Source: an uncultured delta proteobacterium (lineage in GTDB: Bacteria > Myxococcota_A > Polyangia > Fen-1088). Taken from it: a stretch of 64,000 bases of DNA. The notes below the pieces were generated by a model, which saw nothing but the letters and a program-made list of their open reading frames with translations, had not been told where the DNA came from and did not search any database. Shown in pieces: positions 52,338 to 61,120 of this stretch. Numbering within the stretch: position 1 is the first letter of the stretch; each line of letters begins with the position of its first letter. Position numbers and translations under genes: made by a program. Where the stretch lies: positions 485,999 through 549,998 of the forward strand of contig CAVTRY010000023.1 of NCBI GenBank assembly GCA_963737265.1. The letters are read 5' to 3'.

Positions 52338-52912
52338 GTCAGCAACCACGACTGGTAACTCCTCCTGTTGGTGCCGGACTTGCGCGACCAGTCCAGCACG
52401 ATATGCCGCGCGTTCAGCAGAATCGGCAACCCCAGGCGTAGAAGGCAGATCAGCGGGCGGCGGCGGGACCGGAACTGACAATCCACGCGGCTGCCACTGC
52501 GGGGCTCAAGCAACTTTCGTGCCCCGCTGACCGACATCCTCCTTCATGGAGGCAGCGGCATGCGCAAAACCTGCGACCGGGTACACCTATGCCCGCCGGG
52601 AGCCGGAAAAGACCGCCCTTTTCCAGGTGCTCCAGCAGCATCTTCTGACCTTCGAGCAGGAGTGGACCGACAAGTCCGACGGCCGCACGCTGCCCAGCTT
52701 CGTCACCGAGGAGCTGCACGACTTCATGGGCTGTGGCGTCTTGGCCAGAGGCTTCGCACAACTTTTCTGTAAAACCTGCCACGAGCGGTACGTCGTGGCC
52801 TGGAGCTGTAAGGGTCGCGGCTTCTGTCCGAGCTGCGGCGGCAGACGCATGAACGCAGGAGCGCTGACTCTTGTCGACCACGTGCTGCCCGAAGTGCCCA
52901 TCCGACAATTCG

Positions 52913-52961
52913 CGACGGGCGCGGCGAAGCCGCGTGGGGCAGGGGCAGGGCGGGCAGGCCC
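52913..52961 (+). mobile_element. Hairpin/G-tract mini-insertion 1 (49 bp)
   Basis: Absent from copy 2; removal gives TTC GTA GTT ACG CTG. Confidence 0.85.
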
Positions 52962-53337
52962 TAGTTACGCTGCCTTTCCCGCTGAGGTTTCCCTTGGCCT
53001 TCGACGGAAAACTACTCGGCCAAGTCCTGCGCATCTTCATCGACACCGTGGCGGCCAACTACCGCAAGCGCCTGACGGCTCGGGGTATTGCCGACGGCGA
53101 GTGCGGCGCCGTCACGGTCATCCAGCGCGCCAACAGCGACCTGCGTCTCTCCCCGCATTTTCATGTCCTCCAGCTCGATGGCTGCTACGCCCCTGGGCGC
53201 GACGGCGGTACGCCCATCTTCCACCCGGCGCCGGAACTTGCCCAACAGGACGTCCTTGCCATCGTCGCGCGCGCCAGCAAGCGCATCCTCCGCTTCCTAA
53301 AGCGTCGCGGTGTCATCACCCTCGTCACCGCCCCCGG

Positions 53338-53404
53338 CGAGGGCACGCGCGAAGCGCGTGGGGTGGGTAGGTGGAGGGGTAGGTCCCGAAGTCCCCGAAG
53401 GGGG
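53338..53404 (+). mobile_element. Mini-insertion 2 (67 bp, divergent variant with tail hairpin)
   Basis: Removal gives CCC GGA GAC GGT (PGDG). Confidence 0.85.
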
Positions 53405-53525
53405 AGACGGTGAGCTCACCGTCGTCACCGACGAAACCATGGGCGACAAAGATCCGCTCCTGGCCCGCTTGTTGGCCGCCGCCACCGCGGGCGCCGCTCC
53501 CGCCGGCCCTGCGCACAAGCGCGCT

Positions 53526-53575
53526 AGGGCCTGCCCGCCCAACCCCTGCCCCACGCGGCTTCGCCGCGCCCGTCG
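53526..53575 (-). mobile_element. Mini-insertion 3 (50 bp)
   Basis: Near reverse complement of insertion 1; removal gives GCT CCC GTG. Confidence 0.85.
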
Positions 53576-53805
53576 CCCGTGCGTATCGTGCTCGACCCAG
53601 ACGCCACTCCCGTGGCCAAGGGCAAGCTATGCGGCCAGCAAGCCGGGTTTAACCTGCATGCGCAGACCAAGGTCGCCGCCAACGACAAGAAGGGTCGCGA
53701 GAACCTGTGCAAGTACATCTTGCGCCCGCCGCTGGCCAACGACCGCCTCAAGATCCTCGACGACGGTCACGTGAGGCTGGAGTTCAAGCGGCCTTGGTCC
53801 GTCGG

Positions 53806-53868
53806 CGACGGGCGCGGCGAAGCCGCGTGGGGCAGGGGTTGGGTGGGTAGGCCCTAGTCCCGTAGGGA
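53806..53868 (+). mobile_element. Mini-insertion 4 (63 bp, tail hairpin)
   Basis: Removal gives GTC GGC ACA TCG. Confidence 0.85.
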
Positions 53869-54202
53869 CACATCGTCAGTTGACCTTGCGCCGCTCGCCC
53901 TTATTGCGCGCTTGGCGGCCTTGGTTCCCCCTCCTCGTCGGCATGTCGTCAGATACTCGGGGGTCATCTCGTCACACTCCAGCCTCCGCAGCCAAGTCGT
54001 CCCAGTCCCCGCCGTGGCCGCGCCCGAGGAAGACGACAAGCCTTCACTGCCACTTTCACACTACATTTCCTGGTCCCAGCTTCTGAAAAAAACGTTCGAG
54101 ATCGACACCGTCTGCCCTCGCTGCAAAACCCCGCTGCGCCTCATCGCCATGGTCGAGACCGAGGACACCATCAAGAAGATTCTCTCTGCCATGGGCTTGC
54201 CC

Positions 54203-54267
54203 TGCTCCTTCGGAGCCTTGGGCCTACCCACCCTGCCCCTGCCCCACGCGGCTGCGCCGCGCCCGTC
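54203..54267 (-). mobile_element. Mini-insertion 5 (65 bp, tail hairpin)
   Basis: Removal gives CCC GCC GAG CCG. Confidence 0.85.
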
Positions 54268-54514
54268 GCCGAGCCGCCCAACCTCTGGCCCGCACGGCCG
54301 CCTCCCTCGCGATCTGGTGGCGAGGGCGGAGACTGGCTGAACTGACGGCACGTCGACCAGGTCGGGATGGAGTCGACTGCCCTGCGGCTCGAGAAAGACC
54401 CCGTCAGACCCCCGAAACCCGGTCAAGTGCGCTGCGCCAACGTGATCGGGGCCGACCTGATGCGGTCCGGCAGGGTTCTCCAACGCTCAAAATACCGCTT
54501 CGAATCGCCTATGG

Positions 54515-55062
54515 CCCGCCAACGCCGCCGCGTCGAGCGCGGATCTGTTGACCGATCTCAAATCAGGCTATCTGCTCGGCGCCCATCCGCGCCGCCAATT
54601 TCTCGCGCAAGCCATCGGCGTCATCGCCGGTACCCTCGCCACCGTGGTCGGCTTCCACCTGCTGGTGCCCGACGCGTCGGTGCTGACCGGCGCGGGCTCG
54701 GGGGCTCCCACTTTCGCGGCACCGAGCGCGCAGACCTGGCTTGCCGTGGCCCAGCTTTTTCAGCACGGCGTTGGCAGCCTTCACCCGATGGCACGGCACG
54801 GAATGGCGTGGGGACTGCTGGCCGGCGCGCTGCTGTCCGCGCTTGAAATCGCCCTGCCCCGCCGGCGACGCTGGATTCCCTCGCCCATCGGCCTCGGCCT
54901 CGGCTTCATCCTGCCCTTCTTCAATCCTTTCTCGATGCTCTTGGGGGCGGTTGGCGCCTGGCTGTGGGCGCGTCGCAACTACGCCCACGCCGAACGTTAC
55001 GTGGTCCCGGTGTCGTCGGGGATCATCGCCGGTGAGTCCATCGTCAGCGTGGCGATAGCTCT
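54515..55062 (+). pseudogene. OPT-family oligopeptide transporter, C-terminal fragment
   Basis: SADLLTDLKSGYLLG, APSAQTW, SGIIAGES; begins directly at the IS end. Confidence 0.8.
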
Positions 55063-55148
55063 CTTCGGCCCGCTGGTGGATCGCGTTTCTTTCGGTCGCC
55101 TCGGTCGGCGGCGGCCGTACATCCTGTTCGCCGAAGTCGGAATGGCGT
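55063..55148 (+). pseudogene. MFS transporter internal fragment
   Basis: GPLVDR...GRRRPYIL motif A, fused in frame to the OPT fragment. Confidence 0.65.
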
Positions 55149-55357
55149 CGCCAGCGCCCGTCTTCGTTGGTCAGGGGAAAGCCTGCCTGCTGCAGGACTT
55201 CGAGGTCGCGGTAAAGAGTTCGCGTGGACTGCTTTTCCTCTAAGGCGTCCTTCAGCTCAGCGGCTGTCATGCCACGCCTCGCGGCCTCAAGCGCACGCAG
55301 CAGCCGCCACTGCCGGATGAACTGCGCACCTCGATGGACAGGTCTGTCAGCGGTCAT
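55149..55357 (-). pseudogene. WYL/YafY-type regulator, N-terminal HTH fragment
   Basis: RQWRLLRAL...STRTLYRDLEVLQQAGFPL; similarity then ends. Confidence 0.7.
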
Positions 55358-55463
55358 GCCGCACCAGTGTACTCCCGGTCGGCCAGGTGCGATATGGAAC
55401 GACGGTGGAATTTGTGCTCTTGCAAGAAAGCCTGGTAGAGGCAGTCAGGAAGGGAATTGCAAA

Positions 55464-55805
55464 ATGAAATACATCTCGTCGATCCCCGTATTTTCCCCCG
55501 TATCTTTGGGCTTTTTCACCCTCTTGCTCGTCTCGCCCGCGGTTCGGGCACAGGACGCGCTTAGCCCTCCTCGCATGGCACCTCCCCCCTCGGATTCGGC
55601 GGCCCCCGCGGCCCCCGCGGCCCCCGCGCCCCCCGAGGCCAAGGACACGACGGCGTATTCCGGCCTGATCAACTCGCCGCTGCGATTCGGCCTGGGACTC
55701 AACGTGGGCAACTTGGTCACCGGGGTGACGGCCAAGCTGTGGGCGTCCTCGGCGGTTGCGTTTCAGACGGCGCTGGGTGAAGGGCCAGATGGCAACAACA
55801 TTCGC
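55464..55805 (+). pseudogene. Secreted/outer-membrane protein, N-terminal fragment
   Basis: Signal peptide (VRA-Q), PAA linker, FGLGL...GVTAKLW; cut by the next fragment. Confidence 0.55.
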
Positions 55806-55810
55806 TGGCT

Positions 55811-56516
55811 GGCGAGCCGACGCCCTATACGTGGCCATCCAAGAGTTCCTACTTCGGAGCCATCGACACCGCGTACCTGCCCAAGGACGTCTTCTACTTC
55901 TATCAGAGCAAATGGAACGCCAGTGGGCCCACCATGGTTCACATCGTTCCCATGAACTGGACCAACTGGACGGCCGGACAATCGGTAAAGGTCATGGTCT
56001 ACACCAATGCCGACAGCGTTCGAGCTCTTCCTCAACGACAAGTCGCAGGGCGCAAAGACGATGAGCGCTGCCACCGGACATTTGCAGTGGTCGGTTCCCT
56101 TCGCGACGGGCACGCTGCAGGCCAAGGCCACCAAGGGCGGTGCCGTCGCGACCGACACGGTGAAGACCGCCGGGGCGGCAGCGGCCTTGACCCTCACGGC
56201 CGACCGCGCTTCCATCGCCGCCGATGGTCGTGACCTCTCTTTCGTCGAGGTGGACATCGTCGACGCCCAGGGTGTCGTCGTGCCACAGGCCAACAACAAG
56301 GTCGACTTTACGATTGGTGGGCCAGGCGCGCTGGTGGGCCTCGACGCCGGAGATTCGACCAACCACGACTCCTACAAGGGCACCTCGCACGCCGCTTTCA
56401 GCGGCAAGCTCATGGCCATTGTCCAGGCCACGGCAACCGCCGGAAAGATCACGCTCAAGGCGACCTCCGGGTCGCTCACCGGTGGCTCCGTCGATATCAC
56501 GACAGCCACCCCCTAG
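55811..56516 (+). pseudogene. GH2 beta-galactosidase, C-terminal fragment (+1 shift near 56020)
   Basis: GEPTPY...SSYFGAID...PKD.FYFYQS, LFLND, AFSGKLMAIV. Confidence 0.8.
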
Positions 56517-56687
56517 ACTGCTGCCGGTGCACCAGTACATAAGCTGGGTGGGAATACTCCCTGGGTAGATGGGGGGTGCCGGGCAGATGGGGGGGACAGT
56601 GCGACATAATTAACAGATTATGCCTTATCAGACTTTTTTCGCTGATGACGCAGAGAAAGATCGGGCTTATTTGGACTAGGCTCCATT

Positions 56688-57103
56688 GTCTATACGATGA
56701 AGTTCGCGCGCAAGAAGTCCGGCCGCGGGAGCCAGTTCCGCGTCGCCCCTCTGGAGGGAGTCTGGGCGGCCGAGGGCTGTCCGGAGGAAGGCACCGTGCC
56801 GCCGCCCGAGAGCTGGACGTGGCGCCTGCGCATCACCGTTCCGGCGGACGTGGCCGCGGCCGAGATCACGGACACCGTGCGCGACGCCACGACGAAGAAG
56901 GGCGGCAAGCTCGAGGGTAGCGAGGCCGCGGCGCGCGTGTTCCTGGAGAAGATCCCCGAGCAGCGCTGCGGGCGCATCCTGCACATCGGGCCGTATGCCG
57001 ACGAGCCGCGCAGCTTCGCCGCGATGCAACCGGCGATCGCCGCAGCTGCGTTGCAGGGGGCGCGACGTCACATCGAGATCTACCTCGGCGACCCGCAGCG
57101 CAG
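56688..57103 (+). pseudogene. GyrI-like domain protein, internal fragment
   Basis: YTMKF, PLEGVW, HIGPYADE, HIEIYLGDP; both ends missing. Confidence 0.75.
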
Positions 57104-57305
57104 TGCATGCAAACGCACTTCGAGAGGCAGCTCGGGGAGCAGCAGTCCGATCTCAGCAAGCTACCAAGAGTCAGCCGACTGCCTTGGGCCTGCCTTGGGC
57201 CCCAAGCGCCGCCACCGCCGCAGCCTGGTCGCCGCCGTGGCCGCCTGCCTCAACCAGCGCGACAGCGAACCGCCCCCGGACGAAGGCGCGGGGCGCTGAG
57301 GGCGT

Positions 57306-59023
57306 GCTCAAGCAACTTCCGTGACCCGCTGACCGACATCTTCTTTCATGGAGGCAGCGGCATGCGCAAGACCTGCGACCGGCTACACCTATGCCCGCCG
57401 GGAGCCCGAGAAGACCGCGCTCTTCCAGGTGCTCCAGCAACACCTTCTGACCTTCGAGCAAGAGTGGACCGACAAGTCCGACGGCCGCACGCTGCCCAGC
57501 TTCGTGACCGACGAGCTGCACGACTTCCTAGGCTGTGGCATCCTCGCGCGGGGCTTCGCGCAACTTTTGTGTAAGACCTGCCACCAGCGGTATGCGGTGG
57601 CCTGGAGCTGCAAAGGTCGCGGCTTCTGTCCGAGCTGCGGCGGCAGACGCATGAACGCGGGCGCCCTGACTCTGGTCGACCACGTCCTGCCCGAAGTGCC
57701 CATCCGACAATTCGTGCTGACCGTGCCTTTCCCGCTGAGATTTCCCTTAGCCTTCGAAGGGAAATTGCTCGGCCAAGTCCTGCGCATCTTCATCGACACC
57801 GTCGCGTCCAACTATCGCAGGCGCATGGCAGATCGGGGGATTACCGACGGCGAGTCTGGCGCCGTCACTGTCATCCAGCGCGCCAACAGCGACCTGCGTC
57901 TCTCCCCGCATTTCCACGTTCTCCAGCTCGATGGCGTGTACGCCCCTGGCCGCGACGGCGGTTCCCCCATCTTCCACCCGGCGCCGGAACTTACCCAAGA
58001 GGATGTCCTTGCCATCGTCGAACGCACCAGTAAGCGCATCCTCCGCTTCCTAAAGCGTCGCGGGGTCATCACCCTCGTCACCGCGCCAGGCGACGGTGAA
58101 GTCACCGTCGTCACCGACGAAACCATCGGCGAGAAGGATCCGCTCCTGGCCCGACTCCTGGCCGCCGCCACCGCCGGAGCCTCCCCCGCCGGCCCCGCGC
58201 ACAAGCGGGCGCCTGTGCGCATCGTGCTCGACCCCGACGCCACGCCCGTGGCCAAAGGCAGACTATGCGCCCAGCATGCCGGGTTCAACCTGCATGCCCA
58301 GACCAAAGTCGCCGCCAACGACAAGAAGGGTCGCGAGAACCTGTGCAAGTACATCTTGCGCCCGCCCCTCGCCAACGACCGCCTCAAGATCCTCGACGAT
58401 GGTGACGTGAGGTTGGAGTTCAAGCGCCCGTGGTCCGATGGCACATCGTCGGTCGACCTTGCGCCGCTCGCCCTTATTGCCAGGCTAGCCGCGATCATCC
58501 CCCCTCCGCGTCGTCATGTCGTCAGATATTCGGGGGTCATCTCGTCACACTCCAGCCTCCGTAGCCAAGTCGTCCCAGTCCCGGCCGCGGCCACGCCCGA
58601 GGAAAACGACAAGCCTTCACTGCCCCTTTCCCACTACATTTCTTGGAGCCAGCTCCTGAAAAGGACGTTCGACATCGACACCGTCTGCCCTCGCTGCAAA
58701 ACCCCGCTGCGCCTCATCGCCATGGTCGAGACCGAGGACACCATCAAGAAGATTCTCTCTGCCATGGGCTTGCCCACCGAGCCGCCCAAACTCTGGCCCG
58801 CACGGCCGCCTCCCTCGCGATCTGGTGGCGAGGGCGGAGACTGGCTGAACTGACGGCACGTCGACCAGGTCGGGATGGAGTCGACTGCCCTGCGTGCTCG
58901 AAGAAAGACCCCGTCAGGCCCCAGAAATCCGGTCAAGCGCGCCGCGCCAACGCGATCGGGGCCGACCTGATGCGGTCCGGCAGGGTTCTCCGACGCTCAA
59001 AACACCCTTTGATTCCCCTATGG
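57306..59023 (+). mobile_element. ISCR/IS91-like element, copy 2 (intact)
   Basis: Shares 5' and 3' non-coding ends with copy 1; oriIS-like end TTTGATTCCCCTATGG. Confidence 0.88.
57348..58853 (+). CDS. IS91/ISCR-family HUH rolling-circle transposase with zinc-binding domain
   Basis: CKTC...SCKGRGFCPSC, HUH motif PHFH, single catalytic Tyr (LCKYILRP), C-terminal CPRC. Confidence 0.93.
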   Translation: MEAAACARPATGYTYARREPEKTALFQVLQQHLLTFEQEWTDKSDGRTLPSFVTDELHDFLGCGILARGFAQLLCKTCHQRYAVAWSCKGRGFCPSCGGRRMNAGALTLVDHVLPEVPIRQFVLTVPFPLRFPLAFEGKLLGQVLRIFIDTVASNYRRRMADRGITDGESGAVTVIQRANSDLRLSPHFHVLQLDGVYAPGRDGGSPIFHPAPELTQEDVLAIVERTSKRILRFLKRRGVITLVTAPGDGEVTVVTDETIGEKDPLLARLLAAATAGASPAGPAHKRAPVRIVLDPDATPVAKGRLCAQHAGFNLHAQTKVAANDKKGRENLCKYILRPPLANDRLKILDDGDVRLEFKRPWSDGTSSVDLAPLALIARLAAIIPPPRRHVVRYSGVISSHSSLRSQVVPVPAAATPEENDKPSLPLSHYISWSQLLKRTFDIDTVCPRCKTPLRLIAMVETEDTIKKILSAMGLPTEPPKLWPARPPPSRSGGEGGDWLN

Positions 59024-59224
59024 TCCTTCTGCCAGGCGGACAGTGTTGGGACTTCGCCCGTCGGCAGCATGCCGGAGATCGAGACCCGATGTCTACCTGA
59101 GTTCGATGCCGTTTCAGGATACCGCAGGAAGTCACCTCCTCGGTGGAATTGTGCCACGTTTGTCAGGATCGTCGGTCCGCACTTCTCGGAGACCGCTTCC
59201 ACGCGCATTACCCTCTCCTCGTCT

Positions 59225-60139
59225 TCAAATACGGAGACACACGTCACGTGAGGTTTCCGTGAGTGTCCAGCCCAAGGGCGTAATCGAGAACTGGTCGGCA
59301 AGATCGTATGGCAGGACCTGCTCCGTCCATGGGCGGCGCGGTTCTTCCATGAGAAACTGCCGACAAACCATCATCCCAAGTGCCAACCGGTCGCTGGTGA
59401 AAGACATCAACGTGCGCTCCTCGGAGAGTGACATTCGTCGACGGTCGATGGGAAAGCCGCGGAACTTCCCGGAATGGATATTCTCCACCGGTCCGTTGCG
59501 CCAGGCCACATTCGTAAGGGCATTCGCAAAAACACGGCTGGCATTTTGCGCGACATCAGCGCGGGCGTGGTCAAGGTAGGACTGGTTGGATGCCTTCACG
59601 AAACGGGCAGCCAACTCCGGCTCCGCAAGCGCGCAGAACTCGGTGATCTTCGGTTTTGAGGTCGTCATTGGCATCGGCAGGTATGCAATAGCTCGGGTTA
59701 CAAGTTGCTCGTACGCCAACCCTCCCATGTCTTCGCGGAATAGATCGATCCACTCCGAGAGCGCGGCCGAGGCCTCAATATTGATGCGCGCCATTTCCGA
59801 ATCGCTGATGCGGCTTGCGTCTTCCGAACCGATCTCCGACCACTCTGGCTTGTCATGGTCAAGGAGAATGCCAAGATACGAACCCCACCGGAGGATCAGC
59901 GCCGTGGCGGCTACGCCTTCGCGACCGGCAGACATGTCGGAAGTGGTCTTCTGCGGATCGGGCTTGTCACGCAGGTAAGCTAGCAGTTGGTGGAAGAGTG
60001 TGGTCTCAGGCGGATGGATGACCCGCGCAGGACCAGTTTCACCTTGGATGTCCTCGTAGGTTCCAGCATCGAGAACCAGTTCTTCGTTGACCCGCACACT
60101 GAGCTTGCCAGCCGAGTGATGCCGGGAAAGATTGGTCAT
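59225..60139 (-). CDS. Hypothetical protein
   Basis: About 304-aa ORF preceded by a sigma-70-like promoter. Confidence 0.65.
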   Translation of the reverse strand: MTNLSRHHSAGKLSVRVNEELVLDAGTYEDIQGETGPARVIHPPETTLFHQLLAYLRDKPDPQKTTSDMSAGREGVAATALILRWGSYLGILLDHDKPEWSEIGSEDASRISDSEMARINIEASAALSEWIDLFREDMGGLAYEQLVTRAIAYLPMPMTTSKPKITEFCALAEPELAARFVKASNQSYLDHARADVAQNASRVFANALTNVAWRNGPVENIHSGKFRGFPIDRRRMSLSEERTLMSFTSDRLALGMMVCRQFLMEEPRRPWTEQVLPYDLADQFSITPLGWTLTETSRDVCLRI

Positions 60140-60169
60140 AGTAAAACAAATAGTTGACGCTATTCCTGA

Positions 60170-60199
60170 AGTATAATTGAAGGTGTTTCTCGCCGTCAA
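60170..60199 (-). promoter_or_regulatory. Putative sigma-70 promoter
   Basis: TTGACG-N18-TATACT on the minus strand upstream of ATG 60139. Confidence 0.5.
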
Positions 60200-60661
60200 T
60201 GGCAGTAGGAATGTTGAACACCTCACGTGCCCGGGCACCGGGTATTCGGGTTCAAATCCGGTTGGGGCGACTTCACGAATTACCAGCAAGTACTGAAAAG
60301 CTGGCTCAACCATCACGAGAAATCGGATTCCATCTGTTGCCAACCATGGACACAAATGCCCAGGTCTTGCCACCTCTTGGGCAACCTGCTGTCAACGACC
60401 CGAACTGAAGTCACCACTGATAAGAACACCGTCGACTATACTGCAGGCGGTGTTCTTGTTTCTGCGCAGCTGGTCCGTGACTGCGGCGCTAACCCTTTCA
60501 GCCCGCACCTATGGCCGCCGAGGTTGGGGGCCTCGATCATGTACTCATTGCAATCCAACTCACTGGTCCAGCGTGGCGTGGCCTGTCCTCGACCGGTGCT
60601 GCCGCGCTCAAAAGGATCATCGACCCACGCTTGTCGAAGATCACTTCCAGAGTCGAACGCG

Positions 60662-61120
60662 TCAAGTAGAATTTCCCATGTGGACAAAGATGGGTTCTAG
60701 GCCATTGGGTTTCTTACCATTGAGAACGCCAGCACTTCCCGTAATTGTGTATTGCTCCTTCTTCTTTCGATTGGCCTTAATCCAGAACTGCGTTGATGTG
60801 CACGGGAGAATCACGGATTCCACCTCATCCAATGAGAGGCATACCATACCGTTTCTCTCACAGACAAGGACGACAAATACAGCATCTAGACTAAACCCGG
60901 ATTGGCGCACTTCATCCACGCCAGTTCTGTCAAAGGTAAACTGCCACGGCCGAAGCCTGGCAGTGGAATGCTTTACCCAAAGCCCAACCGAGTCGTTCAC
61001 TACGTACCAGTCCAAACGACCCTCGTTGGCTGTTCCGCGGATGGAAATCCATTTGGGCGCCGATCGATCTACAAGTTCGAAGAGTACCGAACCGTGATAG
61101 AGACTATATTGGGGGATCAT
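60662..61120 (-). CDS. Hypothetical protein coupled to the Z1 gene (possible nuclease-fold partner)
   Basis: ATGA overlap with the Z1 gene; YHG...WVKHST...WQFTF...LVC. Confidence 0.65.
   Translation of the reverse strand: MIPQYSLYHGSVLFELVDRSAPKWISIRGTANEGRLDWYVVNDSVGLWVKHSTARLRPWQFTFDRTGVDEVRQSGFSLDAVFVVLVCERNGMVCLSLDEVESVILPCTSTQFWIKANRKKKEQYTITGSAGVLNGKKPNGLEPIFVHMGNST

Larger units (their letters stand above)
52546..54345 (+). pseudogene. IS91/ISCR HUH transposase split by five short insertions
   Basis: 1800 bp versus 1506 bp for the intact copy; the pieces match the intact protein across several frames. Confidence 0.92.
52504..54514 (+). mobile_element. ISCR/IS91-like element, copy 1 (transposase interrupted)
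   Basis: Homology with copy 2 runs from GCTCAAGCAACTT to an oriIS-like end TTCGAATCGCCTATGG. Confidence 0.85.

Noticed and set aside
52913-54267. Translational-bypass or self-splicing intron explanation for the insertions
   Set aside because: Both orientations occur, there are no matched take-off/landing codons, and they are too short for group I/II introns; a DNA-level element is more parsimonious
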